IMG/VR virus record: IMGVR_UViG_3300045997_000112
Coordinates: 1-64,000 of that record
Source: a virus
DNA length: 64,000 nucleotides
Strand: one strand, 5' to 3'
Each line of letters starts with the position of its first letter. Within the stretch, counting starts at the first letter, position 1. Position numbers and translations under genes: made by a program. A model generated the notes under the pieces. It made no database searches and was not told where the DNA came from. It saw nothing but the letters and a program-made list of their open reading frames with translations. This document shows, piece after piece, positions 54,693-64,000 of this stretch.

Positions 54693-56198
54693 TCATCTCC
54701 TCAGGGCGTGCGGGCTCTTGTTGGTCCAACCTTGGGAGCTCTTGTTGAGCAGCCACATGGCCGGATCCTGGAACACGGACCAGGACTTCCTCCAGGCCAC
54801 CTCGTTCCGGACCTCGAAGTGCAGATGAGCTGCAGCTCCGGAGGACATCCCGGACTTGCCCACGAACCCGATGTGGCGCCCCTTCGTCACCGACATCCCA
54901 ACCTTGATGCCCGATGCCACCCCCTGCATGTGCCCATAGCAGGCGTACGGGCCCGCCTTGGTCTTGAGCACGAGCTCGGTTCCCAGGGCCCCACCCTGGT
55001 GGATGGCCGCGATGGTCCCGTCATCGACGGCGTACAGGAGACCACCTGAGGAGTCGGCATTCTTGGGAGCCCAGATGTCGATCCCGGTGTGCGCCCCGAG
55101 GGCATAGTTGGTGGCGCCCCGGGTCTTGAACCCGAGGTAGACCAGCCAGTCCGACTTGGTCGGCATCGCCCAGTTCTGCCGGACTACGCCCGGGCCCTGG
55201 ACCTGCCCCGCTCCGGTGCCCTGCGGGCCACTGTTGGGATCACCCGGAATGTTGCCCGCAACCGCGCTGTCTGATCCGGCGCCAACGGTGGTGTACCCGG
55301 CCAGGCCATACATGTCCGTGGTCCGGAGGAAGTTGATGGACAGGAAGGAGTAGACCGGGATCATGCCCGGCGCGTACTGCTGGTGCTGGACGCTCATGCT
55401 CGCCACGATGCCCCGGTACTTCCGGCAGCCCTCCGAGTCGCCCACGCTCATGATCACCGGGGTGGCCATGAGCATGCCCCAGTCGGACGTCTCCTCCCGC
55501 CAGGTGTTCACCGGGTCGAGGTTGATCACCCGGAACAGGTACTCGATGTCGTACTGGGTGCCCCGCGCCAGGATCTCGGCCCGGTCCTCCTCCGTGGGCC
55601 GGTCCAACAATGGGTACTGCTGCTGCCAGTCGTCCCGGAGCAGGACGCGCATGTCCTCAGCTCGAGACAGCAGCAGCTTGACGGTGATCGTGGCCCCGGT
55701 GTTGCACGACATCAGCAGCAGGGGGTTGGCTGCGATGTCCCGGATGAAGTCGGCGTACGCGATGTCCATCGGAGCCGTGAACGACTCCTGGATCTCCGAC
55801 GGGTTGTAGTGGAACTGGAAGCCCCACCTACCTGAGGTGCTGGCCCATCCGGAGTCCGCCGCCTTGAGGCGCTCGTTCATGTTGAAGTCGCGGACGATCA
55901 TCCCACGCTCGTTGAACCCGGCCTCCCGGTAGATGGGCTTGGCCCCGTTGCCGTAGGGGACCCGGCCCTTGTAGAGCGACTGGGAGTGCAGCTGCGTCGG
56001 GATGGCGGCGTTGAACTTGAGGTACGCCCCGTCCTGCCTGCGAAGGTTGGTGTCCCCGGGGAGCGGGTACGCCTCACCCTCCACGGGCGCGGTGGGACTG
56101 GTGCCCGGCTGAGTGACCTCACCCGTCGGTGGATTGGCCCAATCGGGCGTGTTGATGGGATAGCTGGGCGCTGGTGTGTCCGGGAGGAAGTTGACCAT
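54693..56198 (-). CDS. tail tube-initiator-like protein with C-terminal M23 peptidase
   Basis: GFQFHYNP core; HTGID, YGHM, HLHFEV. Confidence 0.82.
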   Translation of the reverse strand: MVNFLPDTPAPSYPINTPDWANPPTGEVTQPGTSPTAPVEGEAYPLPGDTNLRRQDGAYLKFNAAIPTQLHSQSLYKGRVPYGNGAKPIYREAGFNERGMIVRDFNMNERLKAADSGWASTSGRWGFQFHYNPSEIQESFTAPMDIAYADFIRDIAANPLLLMSCNTGATITVKLLLSRAEDMRVLLRDDWQQQYPLLDRPTEEDRAEILARGTQYDIEYLFRVINLDPVNTWREETSDWGMLMATPVIMSVGDSEGCRKYRGIVASMSVQHQQYAPGMIPVYSFLSINFLRTTDMYGLAGYTTVGAGSDSAVAGNIPGDPNSGPQGTGAGQVQGPGVVRQNWAMPTKSDWLVYLGFKTRGATNYALGAHTGIDIWAPKNADSSGGLLYAVDDGTIAAIHQGGALGTELVLKTKAGPYACYGHMQGVASGIKVGMSVTKGRHIGFVGKSGMSSGAAAHLHFEVRNEVAWRKSWSVFQDPAMWLLNKSSQGWTNKSPHALRR

Positions 56199-56199
56199 G

Positions 56200-58101
56200 T
56201 CAGTACCAGTGCGGCTTCCGTGAGAGCCAGGTCGAGTAGGCGCGGGACGGGCGCCCGTACGGGGTGCCCTTGTTGGACTCGCGGGACTTCACCCGGATGT
56301 ACTCCAGGCCCCAGGCGATCTGCTTGGCCGGGGTCTTCCTCCACGCGTCATTGTTGGTCTCCGGGTGCCACCGGGGAATGGCCTGCGGGATCCCGGTGGC
56401 GTTGGAGGACGGGTTCTTGGCCAGGTGGTTCCAGCTCGACTCCCCGTCCCAGAGCTTGATCAGGGCCGTCCAGTCGGCGTCGTTCCACCCGTACTTCGAC
56501 CGGTAGGTGTCGAAGATGGGCTTGGCGATCGCAATGTTCTGGTCCCGACGGGATCCCGGCTTGCTGGATCCGTACCCGGGGACGTTGTCCGGCGTGGGCG
56601 CGGGGATGTGCACGCCTCCTGCGGGGCCCTCGACACCCGGCACCGTGACGCTGCCCGAGGACCCGGCGGCCGAGTCGTCCTTGCTCTCGCCCTCCGTGCT
56701 CTCGTTGGTGTACCAGGAGTCCGAGTGCCGGGAGATGCCCAAGGACACCTGGGTGCGGATCGGGATCATCCCGGGCGCGAACATCGTGTGGTGGAACGAC
56801 GCCTGCATGATCGAGCCACGGATGCGCCGAACCTTGGGGCCGTCACCGATGGACACCAGCACCGGGTAGGGCACGAGCACCCCGAAGTCGGACGTCTTCC
56901 GGCCGTGCCACATGGTCGCTCCGGGCGGCTGGCCGTTGACGCAACGGAACAGGTACTCGAGGTCCCACATGGTGCCGTACTTGAGCAGGCCCTCGTAGTC
57001 GTCCTCGTTCCACCCCTGGATCCCGATCGCCTCGTAGAACTTTTGAGTCCGTGCCCGGTCATTGATCCCGTAGAGGGAGAACATCTTGTGGTCCATCTGC
57101 CGGTCCAGCAGAAGGTTGAGCGTCATGGAGGACCCGGTGTTCTGCACCACAGGTGGCGCGTCAGCTGCTGCCACGTCCGCGAGGTACTGGCCCGTGTCCA
57201 CCCCGGACGGGGTGGCGTAGTTCTCCGAGTTGGTGCCCGGGTTGAACAGGAACCGGAACCCATACAAGGGCCCGGCGCTCGGTCGGTAGTTGTCGACGTG
57301 GATCACCTCGGTGCGGATGGTGCTCGGCGCGAACTCCTCCACCTCTCCGGTCTCCGGATCGATCGGGCCCTCGTAGTGGTCGTGCTCGGGGAGCCCCGCC
57401 ACGCTCTCGAGCGCGGCCGGGTCACGGGTGATCCACCCCTTGCCGAACGCCTCAGGACCGTGGATTCCGCTCCACCAATCTTGGGAGCCCTGACCCTCCT
57501 TGAGCTGGGCGTTGTACATCCGGGCCTGCCGGAGGTTGTCCCACAGCGGTGGGTTGAACACGGTCTGGCGCCGGAGGTGCTGGATGTCGATCAGGTCCCG
57601 AACCGCGTCGAAGTTCCCGGCCGCCTCGCTGGATCCCGCAGAGCCAGAGCCAGAGGACGACCCCGTGGACCCGGAGGCCGACCCGTCCTCCTCCGGAGGC
57701 GGCGGCAGGACCATGCCCTCCCGCCACTTGATCGCACCGGCCGGGTTCACCGATCGACCGTTGATCTGGACCTCGAAATGCAGGTGGTTGCCCGTGGAGT
57801 TGCCCAGCGTGCCGACCTCACCCAGCTTCTGCCCGGCCTGCACCCGCTGCCCGGCGGAGACGGTCTTGGACCTCATGTGGGCGTAGATGTCCTTCTGACC
57901 GCCGCCAACATTGACGATCACCATGTTGGGTCCGGCCCACCCCTGGGGCTTGATCTCCACGATGCCCGGGCGCGCGGCCACCACGTTGCGACCTGCGGGC
58001 GCCGCGAAGTCGCACCCCGTGTGGTACCCGGACGACCATGACGAGCCCTTCTGCCCGTACGGCGTGGTGATCCTCGTCTGGGAGGGGACCGGGGCAACCA
58101 T
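56200..58101 (-). CDS. tail protein: N-terminal M23 peptidase, initiator-like core, C-terminal lytic transglycosylase-like domain
   Basis: HTGCD, YAHM, HLHFEV; GFRFLFNP; W..ESSWN..A.NPSS.A.GIPQA...QI.WGL.YI. Confidence 0.85.
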   Translation of the reverse strand: MVAPVPSQTRITTPYGQKGSSWSSGYHTGCDFAAPAGRNVVAARPGIVEIKPQGWAGPNMVIVNVGGGQKDIYAHMRSKTVSAGQRVQAGQKLGEVGTLGNSTGNHLHFEVQINGRSVNPAGAIKWREGMVLPPPPEEDGSASGSTGSSSGSGSAGSSEAAGNFDAVRDLIDIQHLRRQTVFNPPLWDNLRQARMYNAQLKEGQGSQDWWSGIHGPEAFGKGWITRDPAALESVAGLPEHDHYEGPIDPETGEVEEFAPSTIRTEVIHVDNYRPSAGPLYGFRFLFNPGTNSENYATPSGVDTGQYLADVAAADAPPVVQNTGSSMTLNLLLDRQMDHKMFSLYGINDRARTQKFYEAIGIQGWNEDDYEGLLKYGTMWDLEYLFRCVNGQPPGATMWHGRKTSDFGVLVPYPVLVSIGDGPKVRRIRGSIMQASFHHTMFAPGMIPIRTQVSLGISRHSDSWYTNESTEGESKDDSAAGSSGSVTVPGVEGPAGGVHIPAPTPDNVPGYGSSKPGSRRDQNIAIAKPIFDTYRSKYGWNDADWTALIKLWDGESSWNHLAKNPSSNATGIPQAIPRWHPETNNDAWRKTPAKQIAWGLEYIRVKSRESNKGTPYGRPSRAYSTWLSRKPHWY

Positions 58102-59999
58102 CAGACGCTCGCAAGCGCGTTGAGGGACTGGGAGGTCTCCACAGCCTCCTTGACCGTCTGCACGAGCCGCTGGGCCTCACCCCAGGAGGCGTTCTTGAGC
58201 TCGACGTACACGTTGACCTGACCGGACCGCTGCTGCTGGTCTCCACCGCCCATGTGCTTCTGGACAGAAGAGCGGAAGCTCTCGGCGACATCAGCGGGCA
58301 GGATCGTCTCGCCCTCGTGGATCTTGGCCAGATGAGCACGGGAGACGTTCCACACGCCCTCGGCATGGCGCTGGGTGCCCATGCCCGTGCCGTCGGAGGC
58401 CGCCGAGTAGTCCGCCCCGCCGTTGAACAGAGATCCGGCCGCGTAGCCCGCGCTGTGGCTGACGAACCCACCCGCCGCGCCACCGAGGGCACCCAGGGCC
58501 ATGCCTGCGGGCCCGCCGGGGATCCCCAGGAGCATGCCGCCGAGCGCCCCGCCGAGGGTGGAGCCCAACGCCCCGCCCCAAAAGCCCTCCCCATTCTTGG
58601 CGTCCATGAAGCCGAACCCGCCGCTGACCAGGGCGCCCAGGCCGGGGATGGCCCGGGATCCCAGCTTCCCAGCTGTCTTCCCCGCTGCCTTTAGGCCAGC
58701 TCGACCGCCAACTTTGGCACCAATCTTGGACACGAGGCTGCCTGCCGCCTTGCCCGCCCGGCCGCCGCCCTTCCCCTTCATCATGGAGCGAAGCATCATC
58801 ACGTCGGCCACGTCCCCGGCAGCGTCCAGCAGGTTGCCTCCTGCACCGCTGAGCGCGTTGCCCATGAAGGAGTTGTTCCACCCCACGCCCGCGCCATTCA
58901 GCTGCTGCAGCAGGGCCGTGGCCGGACCCAGCGCCTGGTAGAACGCGGTCAGCCCCTCGGTGGCTGTCTCGAGCGCCCCGTTCATGATGCCGAAGCCCGC
59001 CACAGCGTCCTTGGTGCCCGCCTCGACGTACTTGTCCTCCGCAGTCACCCGGGACAGAATCCCGGCCAGCGGGTTGACGTTCCGGTCGGTGGCCTCCTTC
59101 CCCGGGGTGGCCATCGAGTAGCCCGTGCCCTGGGAGCGGCGGTTGAGCATGTAGGTCTTGGCCATCTCCAGGTCCTCGCCCTGGAAGACCTGCGAGAGGG
59201 AGTAGTGGCCCGCGCCACCCACCTGCAGGGAGCGGCGCATCTGCTCCGGCGTCATGTTCTCGAAGCCGAGGCGCCGGTACCAGCTGGCGTATGCCTGCTC
59301 CCCAACGATGCGGTTGCCCTGAGCGTCGGTGGTCCGCACGCCTGCCATCAATGAGGCGTTCTGGTACTGCGCGCTGCTCACCGAGTTCAGGTGGGCCTGA
59401 GCGGCGGCGCTGTTGTCGTACCCGAGGGTCAGCGCAGCCCATCCGCCGAAGTTGCCCAGGTTCTGAGCCTGGGAGCTGCCGAGGAACGCTCCGGAGGCGA
59501 CGGCCGCTGTCCGCTGGATCTCATTGATCCCGCTGACCCGGTTGCCGATGCCCGCCTGCACTCCGGACTCGTACCCGAGGCCCGCCTGGTAGCCCCCGGC
59601 CATGACCCCGGTGTGGTACCTGATCTGCTGCCGGTTGATCCCGGACACCGCGTTGGGCAGGAGACCGACCCCGGCCGCCACCGCGTTGGCGCTCGCCGAC
59701 ATGATCCCGGCGGCCATGGATGCCCGATACGCGCCCGGCGACATCCCGGCGGCAGCCGGTCCCACCGGGGGTGGCATCGCGGGGCCCCCACCATTGGGGC
59801 CGCCCATGATCATCTGGGGAGTGGCGAACCCGCCGCGCCCGCCCGCGCTCTGCCCGAGCATCCGCTGGACTTCGCGCGCGTCCTTCTTGGCCTGCGCGAG
59901 GTTGTCCTTGACCTTCTCGGAGTTGTTCACCAACCCCGTGGTGCTGTTGATGGGCTGCATGGCGGAACTGGCCCGAGCGGCTGGGAGGTTGTCAGCCAT
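58101..59999 (-). CDS. tape measure protein
   Basis: Ala/Gly-rich helical protein after chaperones; LH.GE.ILPA-like motif near C-terminus. Confidence 0.8.
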   Translation of the reverse strand: MADNLPAARASSAMQPINSTTGLVNNSEKVKDNLAQAKKDAREVQRMLGQSAGGRGGFATPQMIMGGPNGGGPAMPPPVGPAAAGMSPGAYRASMAAGIMSASANAVAAGVGLLPNAVSGINRQQIRYHTGVMAGGYQAGLGYESGVQAGIGNRVSGINEIQRTAAVASGAFLGSSQAQNLGNFGGWAALTLGYDNSAAAQAHLNSVSSAQYQNASLMAGVRTTDAQGNRIVGEQAYASWYRRLGFENMTPEQMRRSLQVGGAGHYSLSQVFQGEDLEMAKTYMLNRRSQGTGYSMATPGKEATDRNVNPLAGILSRVTAEDKYVEAGTKDAVAGFGIMNGALETATEGLTAFYQALGPATALLQQLNGAGVGWNNSFMGNALSGAGGNLLDAAGDVADVMMLRSMMKGKGGGRAGKAAGSLVSKIGAKVGGRAGLKAAGKTAGKLGSRAIPGLGALVSGGFGFMDAKNGEGFWGGALGSTLGGALGGMLLGIPGGPAGMALGALGGAAGGFVSHSAGYAAGSLFNGGADYSAASDGTGMGTQRHAEGVWNVSRAHLAKIHEGETILPADVAESFRSSVQKHMGGGDQQQRSGQVNVYVELKNASWGEAQRLVQTVKEAVETSQSLNALASV

Positions 60000-60151
60000 T
60001 CCGCCACTCCCTCTCTGCTATCCGGTAGGCAGCCCATGCCACCCACTCCCTGCGCTCCCTGATGGTCAGGGCCTTGCACTCACTCGGTGTCCAGCGGTAG
60101 ATCTTGGTGATCGCCTCGATCTCCTCGAACAGCGACCCGTACTCAGAGTGG
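59992..60151 (-). CDS. tail assembly chaperone extension (gpT-like), probably reached by +1 frameshift
   Basis: W...E...LT.RER..W motif; no ATG/GTG/TTG start near the 5' end of its frame. Confidence 0.65.
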
Positions 60152-60910
60152 AAACAGATCTCCGACCGTCAGGACGGCGGAGACCTCCTTCCCGCAGGAC
60201 GGACAGTTCGCCGTCGTGAGGTCGAACCGGGGTCCCACCACGTTCTTCTGGATTGCCTCCACCAGCTCCTTCCGGTCCCGCACCGACAGGGTCCGAGCGG
60301 CATCCCCCAACAGTGGGATCCCATCCAGCTCATCGACGCACCGGTTGATCAGCACCGTCCGGAACTCCGCCTGGTTGTCCATGTCCGCGTGCGCCAGGGC
60401 CTCCTGCACATCTCCCTTGGGCCAGTGGCACGAGGCCAACTTCCCCGACTTGAGCCGGATGTCGAAGTACCCCTCCCTCGGTGACCCCAGGACGACGGAC
60501 AGATCGTTGAGGTCGTAGTCGATCTCGTTGTTCTCCGAGCAGAAGGGACAGGCCAGGTCGATGACGACATTGGCGCCCCAGGTGCACCGACTGATCCCCA
60601 CGAGGATGGCCAGACGATCGCCGAGGAACAGCTCCCGGAGCAGCGCCGGAGATGAAGGCTCATCCCCGATCCGAACAGTGGCGCGCTCCAAGATTGTGAG
60701 CAGCGCGGCCCCGATGGTCTTGGACCGCGCCACCGCCTCCTCGTCGAATCCGTTCAGTTCCCTCACCTGCACTCGAGTGACAACCCCGGCCGGTGTCTGA
60801 AGCCCCACGGGGAGCTCGAGCCAGTCCGGCTCGGGCGCCATCGGGATGGGGGTCTCAGGCTTGGTTGCCGCTTCGATCGCCTGCAGGTCCTCTTCAATGC
60901 CAGTGGACAA
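60143..60910 (-). CDS. tail assembly chaperone / T4 gp26-like baseplate assembly protein
   Basis: LP.G, VRELNG.DEE, GDR, CPFC, RDR, GP, CPSCG. Confidence 0.8.
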   Translation of the reverse strand: MSTGIEEDLQAIEAATKPETPIPMAPEPDWLELPVGLQTPAGVVTRVQVRELNGFDEEAVARSKTIGAALLTILERATVRIGDEPSSPALLRELFLGDRLAILVGISRCTWGANVVIDLACPFCSENNEIDYDLNDLSVVLGSPREGYFDIRLKSGKLASCHWPKGDVQEALAHADMDNQAEFRTVLINRCVDELDGIPLLGDAARTLSVRDRKELVEAIQKNVVGPRFDLTTANCPSCGKEVSAVLTVGDLFPL

Positions 60911-60929
60911 CGGATTCTCCTAGATGTGG

Positions 60930-61568
60930 TTAGACATCCCCACGCGGAATGGCATTCCATGTCGGGTCTGTTGAGCTGATGGGCTTTGCCCATTCAACAC
61001 TAAGCCCCTCGTGGACCAGCGTGATCTGCTCGACCAGCACGGCGTTGTCGGCCGCGTTGAGGTCGGAGTAGGAGATGTTCGTGATCCAGGAGTTCATGAG
61101 GTAGAACTTCTGGACCACCGGATCGTTGCCCCGGCCATCGTTGTAGCCCCGGTCATTGATCAGCGGCTGTGGGTGCCCGAGCACCGAGATGCTCACCGTG
61201 CACCGGAAGTTGCCGGTCAGCACCCCGGAGTCGGCCTTCTTGCCGTAGCCGACGTCGAAGAGCTGCTGGAACCACTTCCAGTTCTGGGCGCTGCCAAGGT
61301 TGACGCCGCGCTGGAGGCTGACCGGGGAGAAGGTCTGCTGACCCGGGAGGTAGTGGACCGTGGTGTTGAACCCACCCTCGCGGTACGGGATCGCCTCCGT
61401 GGTCATGGCCAGACCGGAGACCGCCATGAAGCCCAGCGTGGCGCTGAACTTCACCGCGTCCTTCAGGGCGTCGTCCGGCGGGGTGAACTTCACGATGAAC
61501 CGGAAGTTCCGGATGGGGTCAGACGCCGCGTGCGACCTCTGGTTCAAGTAGAGCTGCTGAGTGGCCAT
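60930..61568 (-). CDS. tail tube protein (T4 gp19-like)
   Basis: DPIRNFRF, GF..VSGL, YREGG, LPGQ, L.RGV, W....YSDL.A, E...LVHEG. Confidence 0.93.
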   Translation of the reverse strand: MATQQLYLNQRSHAASDPIRNFRFIVKFTPPDDALKDAVKFSATLGFMAVSGLAMTTEAIPYREGGFNTTVHYLPGQQTFSPVSLQRGVNLGSAQNWKWFQQLFDVGYGKKADSGVLTGNFRCTVSISVLGHPQPLINDRGYNDGRGNDPVVQKFYLMNSWITNISYSDLNAADNAVLVEQITLVHEGLSVEWAKPISSTDPTWNAIPRGDV

Positions 61569-61578
61569 TCGCTATCTC

Positions 61579-63159
61579 CTAGTCGACTCGGACCGAGGTC
61601 TGGTTGTGGGTGAGCTTGATGACGATGAACTCGGCCGGGTACTCGATGGCCACGCCCACCTCGATGTGCACCTCGCCTGCCGCGATGGTGTTCGAGTTGT
61701 TGTTGGTGCCGTCGCAGAGGACATAGAACGCCTCGTACTCCCGCGCGCCCCGGAGCGCACCCTGCTGGTAGTACAGGCCGAGGAAGTTCTCGAGCCGAAT
61801 GTTGATGGTCTCCCACAGGTCCGGGCCATTGACCTCGAACACCGCGAACTCGGTGAGCGCCTGCAACCGCGAGCGGATGTAGGAGAACGACCGGCGCACG
61901 CCCACGTACCGATCGGCGTGGGTCTGGTCCAGCGTGCGGCCGCCCATGATGCACGGGCCGACGCCGGTGACCACCCGGATCGGGTTGACCGGGTGGATGA
62001 GCGTGTTCAGCTCGTCCAGCTGCGGGTTGGTGAACCGGTAGGCCGGGGTCACGATGCCCCGGATCCCCGCCGTGACCCCGGCCGGGGTCTTCCACATGCC
62101 GTAGCTGGCGTCGTTGGAGGCGAACACCCCGAGCACCGCACCGCCGCAGGGAGCCTGGCGGCGAATGTTGTTGGGGCCCGCTGCCGGGTCGTTGATGATG
62201 ACCGGCGGGTAGTACGCGGCCGAGTAGGCGTTCTTGTCGTTCAGGTCGTTGACCCAGTCCGCCACGTTGCTGACGCTGGAGCCCAGGTCAGGGGTGTCGA
62301 TGACGTGGAACGAGTCGCCCCGCTCCTTGCAGTACTGCGAGACCAGCGCCAGGTCGGCCTGGTTCCAGTGGCCGGAGTACGAGATGGCCAGCGCGCCCTC
62401 GTAGAAGTCCAGGGAGTGCAGCGTCTCGGCCAGGTCGGCCGGGTTCTGTCCGTCGCTGCCGCCCCGGAGGACGACCTCACGGTTGTCCGTGATCTCCAGC
62501 TTCCCGGCCCCAACCTTGAGGTCGATGTACGACGAGGCGCCGGTGACGACGAACTCGGCGTAGCGCCGATCGGTCTGATCCAGGCTCAGCCCGGGGAAGC
62601 GCTCGACGACCTGGTCGACGCCGTACTTGTCCTTCAGCGAGACGACGACCTCCAGCGTGCCCACGCCATACCCGGACGGGGTCTTGAAGTCGGCGTTGGT
62701 GAAGTCGGCCGGGTCGAACGGACCGGCGACGCCGTAGTTGCCCGACAGCGTGACCTTCAGCCGGTCTCCCCACAGTCCGGGGGCGATCGCCGTCGCGCTC
62801 ACAACCACCTGACCAGTGGTGTCGAGGATCTCCCCACGGGAGAACTCGGCGTCCCGGTTGGCCACGCGGAGCACGGTCAGCGGGGAGCCCCCGGCCGAGC
62901 CGTTGGCGAAGAACAGGAACGCGGCGTCCACCGAGGCGTTCCGTCGATGCCCGAACGCAGTCCGGGGCTGGTTGTCGACCCAGTCCCCGAAGATGGTGCG
63001 GAACTCGTGCCACGACCCCACCGTGGTGGGGATGACGGGACCCCGGTCGAGGTCGGCCAGCAGCACGGCCCGGGAGGCGAGGTTGGAGGTGAACCCGGTG
63101 TCACGAGGAGCCTGAACCTCCGTGATTGTGACCCCGGGACGCCCGTAGGTGTTGGTCAT
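61579..63159 (-). CDS. contractile tail sheath protein
   Basis: RPGV.I.E, AAYYP, G.WK.PAG, VNPIR, GGRTL, RYV.VRR, FAVFE.N, AFYV.CD, YPAEFIVI. Confidence 0.95.
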   Translation of the reverse strand: MTNTYGRPGVTITEVQAPRDTGFTSNLASRAVLLADLDRGPVIPTTVGSWHEFRTIFGDWVDNQPRTAFGHRRNASVDAAFLFFANGSAGGSPLTVLRVANRDAEFSRGEILDTTGQVVVSATAIAPGLWGDRLKVTLSGNYGVAGPFDPADFTNADFKTPSGYGVGTLEVVVSLKDKYGVDQVVERFPGLSLDQTDRRYAEFVVTGASSYIDLKVGAGKLEITDNREVVLRGGSDGQNPADLAETLHSLDFYEGALAISYSGHWNQADLALVSQYCKERGDSFHVIDTPDLGSSVSNVADWVNDLNDKNAYSAAYYPPVIINDPAAGPNNIRRQAPCGGAVLGVFASNDASYGMWKTPAGVTAGIRGIVTPAYRFTNPQLDELNTLIHPVNPIRVVTGVGPCIMGGRTLDQTHADRYVGVRRSFSYIRSRLQALTEFAVFEVNGPDLWETINIRLENFLGLYYQQGALRGAREYEAFYVLCDGTNNNSNTIAAGEVHIEVGVAIEYPAEFIVIKLTHNQTSVRVD

Positions 63160-63161
63160 GT

Positions 63162-63968
63162 TCATACTCCTTCGTAGGGGTCGATTTCCTCAGGACGCTC
63201 ATTGATCCACCCGCCCTTGATGACGGTGGGTCCGTACTCCGGGTCACGCTCGCGCATGAACAGGGTGCCGAGGACCCGCAGGACGTCTGCGCCCTCGACC
63301 ACCAGCACGTCACCGGCGGGCATGAACGAGTCCACCCGGACGGTGAACACGCTCATGAACAGTCGCTTGCCCATCTCCATGGTCTCGGAGTGGCCAACAT
63401 TGAGCAGCTCCATCCGGCGGTTGGTGCCGTCGATGTCGGCCATCGGCAGCCACGAGTACCTGTAGTTGAGCTTCCGGCTCAGGAACTGGCCGATGATCTC
63501 CCGGTCATGACGGGGGTGCCTCGAGTACGCCCGGACGGTGTAGTCGATCTGCACCGGGATGGGCTTCTCCGCGAACATCTTCAGCGGGTAGGAGCTCTTG
63601 TCGTACCAGATGTCGTTCCAGAGCCCAGCTCCGTTGTAGACCTGCCCGTCCTCCCCGACGAAGGCACTCTCCGGGAGGGCCCAGAGCGGGACGCTCGCGT
63701 TCTCCCAGGTCCGCACGCCGGACATGGTCCGGTTGCTGGCCTCGGTGATGTCGATGAGCGAGATGATCATGTACGGGTAGCGCTGCTCCCGGATCTCCCG
63801 ATCAGGATGGCCGAACCAGACCCCAACCTTGCGCGGGTTGCCCGTGGCATCCCAGACCTGCAGGGCGGGCTCCTTCAGGTACCGATGCAGTGCCCGGTCC
63901 TCATCGAGGACGAAGCCCTCGGACAGGTTGGGGTACAGCGGCGCCTGGAACTTCTCGGGGATCCTCAC
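63162..63968 (-). CDS. tail completion/terminator (neck) protein
   Basis: VWFGHPD.E.R...YP, P.PV.IDY....SRHPRHDR; position upstream of sheath. Confidence 0.7.
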   Translation of the reverse strand: MRIPEKFQAPLYPNLSEGFVLDEDRALHRYLKEPALQVWDATGNPRKVGVWFGHPDREIREQRYPYMIISLIDITEASNRTMSGVRTWENASVPLWALPESAFVGEDGQVYNGAGLWNDIWYDKSSYPLKMFAEKPIPVQIDYTVRAYSRHPRHDREIIGQFLSRKLNYRYSWLPMADIDGTNRRMELLNVGHSETMEMGKRLFMSVFTVRVDSFMPAGDVLVVEGADVLRVLGTLFMRERDPEYGPTVIKGGWINERPEEIDPYEGV

Positions 63969-64000
63969 ATCATCACCGCCAACTGGGAGTCGACGAGTGC

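Noticed and set aside
46339-63968. Tailocin or extracellular contractile injection system
   Set aside because: Contiguous with a complete phage replisome and phage-type small genes; head genes probably lie beyond the window
1-64000. tRNA, tmRNA, rRNA, integrase, reverse transcriptase or DGR
   Set aside because: No cloverleaf or T-loop pattern in the few intergenic gaps and no matching protein motifs seen by eye; tRNAscan or ARAGORN would confirm

Overview
A 64 kb, high-GC (visually about two-thirds G+C) segment of a large tailed phage with a contractile tail, most likely infecting an actinobacterium (WhiB, Lsr2-like and MSMEG_6728-type genes). Two arms converge on a hairpin at 13850-13891. 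The rightward arm (1-13841) holds a SWIM-finger DNA ligase, a MoxR/CobS AAA+ and vWA pair split by an HNH endonuclease, a pyrimidine-dimer glycosylase and about 30 small, often Cys-rich ORFs. The leftward arm, read from the right end, holds contractile tail and baseplate genes (63968-46339), small membrane proteins, and a replication/recombination block (initiator-like, DnaB, primase, SNF2, SSB, PolA, RecA, WhiB, Cas4-like, RuvC, SpoVS). It continues with an accessory operon (PIG-L deacetylase, WbqC, UDP-HexNAc dehydrogenase, hyaluronan-synthase-like GT2, secreted lysyl oxidase, LamG protein) and a nucleotidyltransferase / HAD-like / TGT-like triad. The best candidate for an undescribed system is this polysaccharide plus lysyl-oxidase cassette. 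Other notable signals are a CAACCCAAAAG motif displayed in hairpin loops, a ~250 nt multibranched structure ahead of the initiator-like gene, a dispersed CAAYRTTG palindrome and two candidate frameshifts. No tRNA, CRISPR array or integrase was seen. All family calls come from motif recognition by eye, not database searches.
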